NCBI GenBank assembly: GCA_036785375.1
Contig: JAWMAR010000006.1
Coordinates: 7,254,001-7,318,000, forward strand
Length of the DNA stretch: 64,000 bases
Source: Leucoraja ocellata
Lineage: Eukaryota
Direction of reading: 5' to 3'
Of the stretch, positions 54,188 through 64,000 are shown in pieces; the stretch's first letter is position 1, and every line of letters begins with the position of its first letter. The translations under genes were made by a program, and so were the position numbers. A model generated the notes under the pieces. The model was not told the DNA's origin and ran no database searches. It saw nothing but the letters and a program-made list of their open reading frames with translations.

Positions 54188-56076
54188 ATAGAAACATAGA
54201 AAATAGGTGCAGGAGGAGGCCATTCGGCCCTTCGAGCCTGCACCGCCATTCAATATGATCATGGCTTATCATCCAACTCGGTATCCTGTACCTGCCTTCT
54301 CTCCGTACCCCCTGATCCCTTTAGCCACAAGGTACACATCTACAGTAACTCTCTCTTAAATATAGCTAATGAACTGGCCCCAACTACCTTTTGTGGCAGA
54401 GAATTCCAGAGATTCACCACTCTCTGTGTGAAAAATGTTTTTTTCATCTCGGTCCTAAAAGATTTCCCCCTTATCCTTAAACTGTGACCCCTTGTTCTGG
54501 ACTTCCCCAACATCAGGAACAATCTTCCTGCATCTAGCCTGTCCAACCCGTTAAGAATTTTGTAAGTTTCTATAAGATTCCCCCTAAATCTTCTAAATTA
54601 TAGCGAGTACAAGCCGAGCCTATCCAGTCTTTCTTCATATGAAAGTCCTGACATCCCAGGAATCAGTCTGGTGAACCTTCTCTGTACTCCCTCTATGGAA
54701 AGAATGTCTATCCTCAGATTAGGAGACCAAAACTGTACGCAATATTCCAGGTGTGGTCTCACCAAGACCCTGTACAACTGCAGTAGAACCTCCCTGCTCC
54801 TATACTCAAATCCTTTTGCTATGAATGCTAACATGACATTCACTTTCTTCACTGCCTGCTGCACCTGCATGCCTACTTTCAATGACTGGTATACAATGAC
54901 ACCCAGTTCTCGTTGCATCTCCCCTTTTCCTAATCGGCCACCATTCAGATAATTGTCTACTTTCCTGTTTTTGCCACCAAAGTGGATAACCTCACATTTC
55001 TCCACATTATACTGCATCTGCCATGCATTTGCCCACTCACCCAGCCTATCCAAGTCATCTTGCAGCCTCCTAGCAACCTCCTCACAGCTAACACTGCCCC
55101 CCAGCTTCGTGTCATCAGCAAACTTGGAGATGTTGCATTCAATTCCCTCGTCCAAATCATTAATATATATTGTAAATAGCTGGGGTCCCAACACTGAGCC
55201 TAGCAGTACCCCTCTAGTCACTGCTTGCCATTGTGAAAAGGACCCGTTTACTCCTACTCTTTGCTTCCTGTCTGCCAGCCAGTTCTCTATCCACAACAGT
55301 ACTGAACCCCCAATACCGTGTGCTTTAAGTTTGTATACTAATCTCTTATGTGGGACCTTGTCGAAAGCCTTCTGGAAGTCCAGATACAGCACATCCACTG
55401 GTTCTCCCCTATCCACGCTACTAGTTACATCCTCGAAAAATTCTATAACATTCGTTAGACATGATTTACCTTTCATAAATCCATGCTGACTTTGTCCAAT
55501 GATTTCACCACTTTCCAAATGTGCTTCTATCCCATCTTTAATAACTGACTCTAGCAGCTTCTCCACTACCGATGTTAGACTAACTGGTCTGTAATTCCCC
55601 GTTTTCTCTCTCCCTCCCTTTTTAAAAAGTGGGGTTACATTAGCTACCCTCCAATCCTCAGGAACTGCTCCAGAATCTAAAGAGTTTTGAAAAATGATCA
55701 CTAATGCATCTACTATTTCTGGGGCTACTTCCTTAAGTACTCTGGGATGTAGCCTATCTGGCCCTGGTGATTTATCGCCCTTTAATCCATTCAATTTACC
55801 TAAAACCACTTCCCGGCTAACCTGGATTTCACTCAGTTCCTCCATCTCATTTGACCCCCGGTCCCCTGCTATTTCCGGCAGATTATTTATGTCTTCCTTA
55901 GTGAAGACAGAACCAAAGTAGTTATTCAATTGGTTTTCCATGTCCTTGTTCCCCATGATCAATTCACCTGTTTCTGACTGCAAGGGACCTACATTTGTTT
56001 TAACTAATCTTTTTCTCTTCACATATCTATAAAAACTTATGCAGTCAGTTTTTATGTTCCCTGCCAGTTTTCTTTT
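54188..56076 (-). mobile_element. CR1 LINE, duplicate of 18760-20648
   Basis: Same 515-aa ORF, premature stop, truncation point and TACAGTA insertion. Confidence 0.95.
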
Positions 56077-59000
56077 GTATCTAGAACAAAGGTCAGGCAT
56101 TCCTGTGGTATCGGGAAGCCTGAATAGCATTAGTATTGTCTGCAAACAGCAGGTGAAAATGTATTAGATGGAGTTCAGCACTTTCTGATAACCGTTAGAA
56201 ACACGTGAACATTCTCAAAGTATCACTAATGTATTACTTGTGTTATTCCCTGATCAAAAAAAGTTGTTTTTTTTCCCTAACTGTCACCACTATCTTTATT
56301 TGAAACCGTTATTGCTAACAAAGATTGAGAAACATATTTGCCCAAATTAATATCCTCTGGTTTTGCGGTCAAGTAGAAATTGTAAAAAAAGTGAAATGCA
56401 ATCCTGGCTGGGATTTCTCAATATTTAAAAATGGAATAGTTGGTGTGCAGATACAGCAGGCAGTGAAGAAAGCTAATGGAATGTTGGCCTTCATCACAAG
56501 AGGATTTCAGTATAGGAGTAAAGAGGTTCTTCTGCAGTTGTATAGGGCTCTGGTAATACCACATCTGGAGTATTGTGTACAGTTTTGGTCTCCTAATTTG
56601 AGGAAGGACATCCTTGTGATTGAGGCAGTGCAGCGTAGGTTCACAAGATTGATCCATGGGATGGCGGGACTGTCATATGAGGAAAGATTGAAAAGACTAG
56701 GCTTGTATTCACTGGAGTTTAGAAGGATGAAGGCTGATCTCATAGATACATATAAAATTATAAAAGGACTGGACAAGCGAGATGCAGGAGAAATGTTCCC
56801 AATGTTGGGCGAGTCCAGAACCAGGTGCCCCAGTCTTAGAATAAAGGGGAGGCCATTTAAGACTGAGGTGAGAAAATACTTTTTCACCCAGAGTTGTAAA
56901 TTTGTGGAATTCCCTGCCACAGAGGGCAGAGGAGGCCAAGTCACTGGTTGAATTTAAGAGAGAGTTAGATAGAGCTCTAGGGGCTTGTGGAATCGAGGGA
57001 TATGGTGAGAAGGTAGGCACGGGTTATTGATTGGGGACAATCAGCCATGATCACAATGAATGGCGGTGTTGGTTCGAAAGGCCTTCTCCTGCACCTATTT
57101 TCTATGTTTCTATGAAATTTCCCAAAATATAAATTATAACAAAATCTTTTTTCTGATGCTTATTCACTCTCACCTGTATTTGACTCCAGACCCATAGCAA
57201 TGTGCTTAACACAAATCTCACATTTGGACCATTGCTGCTACAGAAAATGGATAAAACCAAATACTCCACATGGCATTGACCAAATCAGCAAATTCAGACA
57301 TGGTGAAGGCTTCCCCAACACAATTGACCTTGCAAACACCAACTCACAAACATTTTGGGATTAGATTTGTACCACGGACTAGTCACATCACAGCCTGACA
57401 TAGTTGTCTTCTGAGAATCATACTTTAAAGACAATCTGCCAGACTCCTTCATTACGATTCTTGGTTACGTTTTGTACCACTGCCAAGATAGATCCATCAG
57501 AAGAGGCCACATTGTGATTTCCAGGCAGCAGCAAGGAGTAGCCCTTGAAGTTCTCAACATTGACTTAAAATCCTATGAAGTCCCCTGGCACCAGGTGAAA
57601 CTGGCAAACAAACATCCTCCTGATTATCACCTTCCTTCCTCCCTCATTTGATGAATCAAAGCCCTTTCACATTGAACAACATCAGGAAATAGCACTACAA
57701 ATAACAATGAGTCAGAATGTAGTCTGGGGTGGGACTTCAAGTTATTGTGGTAGCACCACTAGGAACTGAGATGTCTAATTCCTGATCAACATGTCAGCCA
57801 GGTTATGTTTATGAAAGTGTGTCATCACAAGAGATATTAAAAAAATAAACTGCTGGAAGAGCACAATGGATCAAGCAGCAACTGGAGGCAAAGGGATGGT
57901 TGACACTTCGGGATAATAGATAAAATCATGTGCGGAATAGATTGGGTAGATGCACAGAGTCTCTTGCCCAGAGAAGGGGAATCGAGAACCAGAGGACATA
58001 GATTTAAGGTGAGGGAGGAAAGATTTGATATGAATCTGAGGGGTACCTGTTTTACACAAAGGGTGATAAGTGTATGGAACAAGCTGCCAGAGGAGGTGGT
58101 TGAGGTAGGGACTATTGCATTGTTTAAGAAACAATTAGACAGGTACATAGATAGGGCAGGTTTAGAATGACATGGGCCAAATGCAGGCAGGTGGGACGAG
58201 TTTAGATGGGACATATTGATCGGTGTGGGCAGGTTGGGCCAAAGAGCCTGTTTCCATGACGTATGACTCTGACCTGCATCAGCATGACTGCAGGGTCTTG
58301 CCTCCAAAGATGCTGCTTGATTTGCTGAGCTCTACTAGCAGCTTGTTTTTGCTCCAAATATCAGCGTCTGCAGCCGCTTGTGTCTCCACCACAGGAGTTA
58401 AACCTGAACCTCATCCTGCCCAGTCTGCCTGTCGTAGTTGCATCTGCCCTTGAGAGCATTGGTAGAAGTGAGCGCCAAACAGTTCTTGCGAAGACAAATT
58501 CATTCACTGAGGACATCATAAATCGTATCAGGTTGCACTGTAATTGTGCACAATAGGATGGAGTCTGAACAGATCTAGCAATTTAAAACTGGGCATCTAA
58601 GAGATGTGACCATCAGCAGGAGCAGAAAGTGCCCCGTCTCTGGTTTGATTCTCTAACCAGCAAACCAGATTTACACAAAAGGACACAAAGTGCTGGAGTA
58701 ACTCAGCGGGTCGGGCAGCATCTCTGGAGAATATGGAAAAGTGATGTTTCAGGTCAGGACCCTTCTGGTTTAACCCAATCTCTAGATTGATAAGGAGTGT
58801 AGAAGAGGTGCAGAAGAGCATGGTGGGAGCTGCCCAAGGCATACCTAGAAATAAGCTGCTGCCTTGAGGTGCAGTGCAGGAGCACATAGCCACAAGCCAA
58901 CAAAAATAGCTCAACAACAAACAGATGAGATGAAAGCTCTGCAGACCTGCTGCAGCTAGTCATTAACTGTGATGGACAATTCAAACAGTTAACGGGAGGA

Positions 59001-62000
59001 GGCAGCTCAGAGAACTCCCCTGTCCTCAACATTTGGGTGTTGCAGACCAAGCTGTAGTATTTGTAAACATATGTAGGCAGAAGAGCTGCTGAATAGATTA
59101 TCATCCCATCTCCCCCTGAGGTCCCCCACCATGACAGAAGCCAGTCTTCAGCTAAATCGATCCCTTCCACATGCAATTTAAAAAGCAGTTGAGTATGTTA
59201 GATACAGCAAAGGCTGTTGGAACAGACAACATCCCAGGTGCTTATCTGAAGATCTGCACATAAACAAGCTGTTCCCTACAGTTACAACACTGTCATCTAC
59301 CCAACATTGTGTATATCCAGTCAACAAAAAGCAGGATAAATCTAATTAGGCTAAGCGATGAAAGGTGTTGTTGACTGTGCTTCATGAGATACATACTCAG
59401 CAATAACTTGTTATCAACAATCAGTTTGAATTTCAGCTGGATCACTCGGCTCATCAGAGCTTTAGCCCAGCATGAACCAAAGAGCAGAATTCCAAGGTTA
59501 AAGGTGAGAGTAATTGTCTTTAACATCAAGGCAGCATTAGATTGAATATGCCATCAAGGATACCTGATAAAACTGAAGAAAGGACATCAGTGCTGGAGTC
59601 TTACTCAAACAAAGGAAGGTGTTGCATTTATCAAGGGTCCATCATTCCAGCCCAAGGACATGACTGCATGTGTTTCCCAGGGTTGTGTCTTCGACCCAAC
59701 CATCTCCAGCTGTTCATCATTAACCTCTCTCCCATCATAGGATCAAAGGCCAGAAGTCGTCTGTTCCCTGATAATTGCACGATGTCAATAATATCCACGT
59801 CCTGTCAGCAAAGAAACACCCCATGCCTGCAGGCAGCAGGACCTAGGCAACATTCAGGCATAGCTGTCAAGTGGCAAACAAAACTGACTTGGCCCAATGG
59901 CACAGCTGGTCGGGCTGTTGGCTCACAGCTCCAGGGACCCTGATTTAATCCTGACCTCTGCCACTGTCTGTGTGAAGTTTGTCCGGTCTCCCTGCAATTG
60001 TGTGCCTTTCCTACAGGTGTGCTAGTTTCCTCCCATGTTCTAAAGTCATGTAGGTTAAATTGGCCTTTTTAAAAAGTCCCACACCAGTTTCAAAGGCAAT
60101 ATTGTACCATTACCAAGTCCTCTAACATTCACATCCTAGAGATCACCATTGGCCAGAAATTCAATGGGACACTTTCTGCAAGAGACTATCAGAGACTAAG
60201 TATTTTGTGATGTTTGCTTCTAACACAGTCATAAAGAGATATTCATTGGATACCAATTTAGATTAATCCCATTTTGTTAATTTTCCGCACATTGTCTTCA
60301 ACTTGGCAAGATTCTGCATTCATCGTCACACTAGGGACAATTTACAGTGACAAATTAACCTACAAACCCATAGGAATGTGGGAAGGAACTGGAGCACCTG
60401 GAGGAAACCCAAGGGGTCAGTGGGAGAATGAGCAAGCTCAACACAGAAAGCACCCAAGGTTAGGATTGAACATGCATCTCTGGTGCTGTGAGGCAGCGGC
60501 TCAACTAGCTGTTCCATGGTGTTATCTACAAAGCACACGTCTGGAATATTATGGAATACTCGCTGCAAATCTGGTTGTCAGGATGCACTCAGTTCCAGTA
60601 ATCTCAAGAGGTTTAGCACCATCCAGGACAAGTCTGGCAACTCATTTACCACCCTAACCATTCATTCTTTTCAACATTAGTGCCATATACAAAATGAACT
60701 GCAGATACTCATCCAGGATATTCTGACAGCACCTCACAAGGCAGAACATCTATCACCAGGAAGATCAAGAGCAGCAGGCTCATGAAAGGACCACCATCTA
60801 CAGATTCCCCTCCAGGTCACTCATTACCCTGACTGAAGGGAGACAGTGTAATGGTGTATTTAGTCCATGATAAACCCATGTAGTGCAGACAGTGAAGTGA
60901 AAATCATTTCAGCAATTTTTCCTTCTCAGTGCTGAAAATTATAACGTATCATAATTATTGCCCTTAATAGTGGGCTAGAAGGGAATCTGGAGTTCTGCGG
61001 CTACGTTAATAAAAAAGGAATGTCTTAAACCGGTGTTCTCTCACACCTGGAAATCTGCTTGAGCCCACTACAGAGTGTACTGGAAACATGTGATCTAACC
61101 AATCGCCTTGCTTGGCACAGGATACATGAGGAACACATCAAGGTCAATGGAAACAGTGCTGAAGATCTGAAGAATCATTAATGATACCTAAGCACTTTTG
61201 TATGTATGTCCTGATATCAAGATAAATATAAAAGTAATCAAAAATACAAAGTAAAAGAGAGAATTTGTTATTTTTCTTTTTTTACATTTTTTTTGTTTTT
61301 CGCCGAAAAATGAGGAACTTAATTATTCAGCATTGTTCTGACAGTCACGAAAAGTTTGTCAACACTTCTGTAGGTTTCCCAATCAGAGGCGTTGCCATGG
61401 GAAGGGGGTTGGGTCCAGGGGTGCTGCACATCTATATAAACGGGGATACAGACAAGGTTAATAGATACTTCATCGGGCCACATCAGATCAAGGTGAGTTT
61501 GCTAATCCAAGGCTTCTGCCTTATTCCTTGTGTAGACTGGGAGGGACACGACTGGATAGAATGGGATGGAACAGCTTGGGCATGGGATGGAGCCTCATGA
61601 AATAGGAGGAGAACTGTGCATGTTTTATCTTAAGGTCGAGATAGAACAGGGAACAAATTCCTTGGTTGCAGTGTTTCAGAAATGTTTTCATTCTCTTCTG
61701 TTCTTTCTCACTCTCCTTTTCTGAATTAACCCCAATTTGGTGTTGTCTTTAATTTTTAATTGGTTCTATAATTTGCAAATAGCAACAACGTATGTTCCCA
61801 GTGCCAATTCCTGTGGAACACCAGCTTCTAGTTTGCATTGCTTCCTTTAATTCATTTTATATGTATTAGAATTGCAAGGAAAGCATAATGGAGATATTAC
61901 GTTGGCAGAGATGGCAAATCACAAGGATAGCTAGGGCCAATAATATTTTGTGAACATTTCTTAACCATAAAAAAATTCATATTCCTCCAAAGGCACTATA

Positions 62001-63392
62001 AGGGAATTAATATAAAACAACATAGGAAGGCGTTTGGCATTAGAGTACCTATTGCACATGCATTATATTCTAATCATTACTTAAGGTCTTCACAATTTTT
62101 TTTCTGGATGGTACCCTAGTGTACAAGCCCAGGATTTATTGCCCATTTCTGTTTGCTTTGATAAGTTGATGGCAAGCTGCCTCTTGTATTGCTGAAGTCC
62201 CCATGGTAAAGGCATACCCATAGTGCTATTGGAGATGAGCTGCAAGGATTTAGAGCAGTGACAATATATTTCCAACATATGGTTCACGACTTGGAGGGAA
62301 TCTATAGATGCCGGGTGTTACCATGCACTTGCCACCCTTGACCTTATTAGCAGATTTGCGAGGTGCTGCTGGGATAGCATAGGGGCATAATGGCAGAGGA
62401 GAATTTAGGGTGTTGCAATTATAACAGAAACAATTAGATGGGGCAAAGGCATGAGAAACTGGCCATAATGTTACAAATAACTGAATGGCTTACTCCAGTT
62501 ATTATTTTCAAAGTTTAGTTAAGTTTAGTTTAGTTCAGTTTATTGTCATGTGTACCGAGGTACCGTGAAAAGCTTTTTATTGAGTGTTATCCTCTCAGCG
62601 AAAAGACTATTCATGATTACAATTGAGCCATCCACAGTGTAAATAAAGTATATGATTGTTTATGCAGCTTAGCCTGTGTGAATGTTAATGCATTAATAGT
62701 ATTCAGTACAATATGACTAATTTATTGATAGTGAATTAAAAAAACCTGTTATACAAAGTTTGTTATTCTGATCTCTGAGAGATTGATAGGATGAGAAAGG
62801 GCTCTGCTCCCCATCATTGCAAGAATCACACTGGATTTTAATCCATTGTTAATGTAGCACAATTCTTGATCTCATCTGTGGTGGAACTTTTCAGATGCAT
62901 TTTTGAGATGTGGACATTTATTCCCGATGAGAGTGTCACATAAGGTGAGGCCATGGAAGGATAAACATTTGGAAAAAGAAGTGAACCGACATTAGTTTTG
63001 TGTGATGTTTTGACAGCATTGTGGTCACATTTCTGGCTGTAATAACGATCCTTGAGGAGAACTTTGACAATAGTATGGTAGGCATAGCACAGGACTGGGC
63101 AGACTCAGGAAAATATGGTGAAAATCGGGTAATTAAAGATCATCAACTTCCCAATTATTCTTCCCACAATCTCCAGTCTGCTCCCAAACTTGTTATCCCT
63201 CCAACCTCTGCTGAAATCCCCGTCCCCTATTCCCCATCTGTGACAGGACACATACTGGTGCCGATCATAACATTTCCCCTTTTCAAAGTCCTGATTTCCA
63301 GTCCACTTCCAAAAGACAATGTCGGTCCCTCTTGTTGGTATCTACCCTTCCAACAATGCCAGAGGGTTGAGATCCTAAGAACAAACATTCAT

Positions 63393-63507
63393 GGGAAGTC
63401 TCCTACTTCACTTATCAACCGCCCCCTGAAGGGTTTGCTGGGATTTCCAGATATATAAAGTAAGTAATTTTGTTTTCTTTCTAGCTTATTATTTTGGATT
63501 ATTGATC
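63393..63507 (+). promoter_or_regulatory. Candidate promoter and exon 1 of the second cathepsin copy
   Basis: Same kB-like sites, GC box and TATATAAA (63452) as copy 1. Confidence 0.55.
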
Positions 63508-63752
63508 GTAAGTTTGAACTGTACTTGAGTAGAGCAAATGGGCGAGTAGGTACTAATCCAGAAACAATGCTTGCATAGTATTTTTCTGTTTAATGAGGCT
63601 AAGATGAAAAGTTGTGAGCCATTGGAACAGAATGATATCAGCACCATTGCTCTCCATTCAGAGTAATTTAATAAACTATTTTCATAATTATTAACGAATA
63701 TGGCCCACTCACGTTTTAGCGTCATTTCTTTTTCTCCTTTAGATTGTCGAGA

Positions 63753-63884
63753 ATGTACTTCCCATTGTTTCTGAGCTTTGTGGTGGGGGTTATTCTGGTC
63801 AGAGCCTCAGAAAACACGTTTGATTCATCATTGGATGTAGAATGGAAGAACTGGAAATTGCAGTACAACCGGCATTACACAGAG
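63753..63884 (+). CDS. Second cathepsin L-like paralog, first coding exon (gene continues beyond window)
   Basis: MYFPLFLSFVVGVILVRASE...HYTE; one amino-acid difference (G8S) from copy 1; intact splice sites. Confidence 0.9.
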
Positions 63885-64000
63885 GTGAAATAGAATGTGT
63901 TTTCAAATGCAAACCTATCCTGATGTATGTCAGGAGAAAAAAGGACAACTGAAGCATTCTCTTTCTTTTTTTTAAAAATCAAAATCTTTTTTATTTCGTT

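Larger units (their letters stand above)
54188..64000 (+). repeat. Segmental/tandem duplication copy 2
   Basis: Paralogous to 18760-32460, with an empty LTR site (single ACATT near 57669). Confidence 0.97.

Overview
Vertebrate genomic DNA, most likely a cartilaginous fish (skate/ray-type repeats; inferred). Host genes: the last six coding exons of DPP9 (+, 3430-12178), then, after a 200-N gap, a complete intact 341-aa cathepsin L/K/S-subfamily protease gene (+, ATG 32210, stop 43435) and the start of a second, near-identical tandem copy (ATG 63753). The duplicated unit starts at a CR1 LINE tail (about 18760 and 54188). An inverted, decayed ~1 kb copy of a DPP9 exon plus flanking intron lies just behind the cathepsin poly(A) signals. 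The rest is nested transposons: CR1 LINEs, a 5'-truncated L1, a gag-deleted Gypsy element present in only one duplicate, non-autonomous Helitrons, a hAT remnant, a GC-rich fold-back Tc1/mariner MITE, a probable Tc1 excision footprint, Penelope fragments and tRNA-derived SINEs. Coordinates and identities were read by eye.
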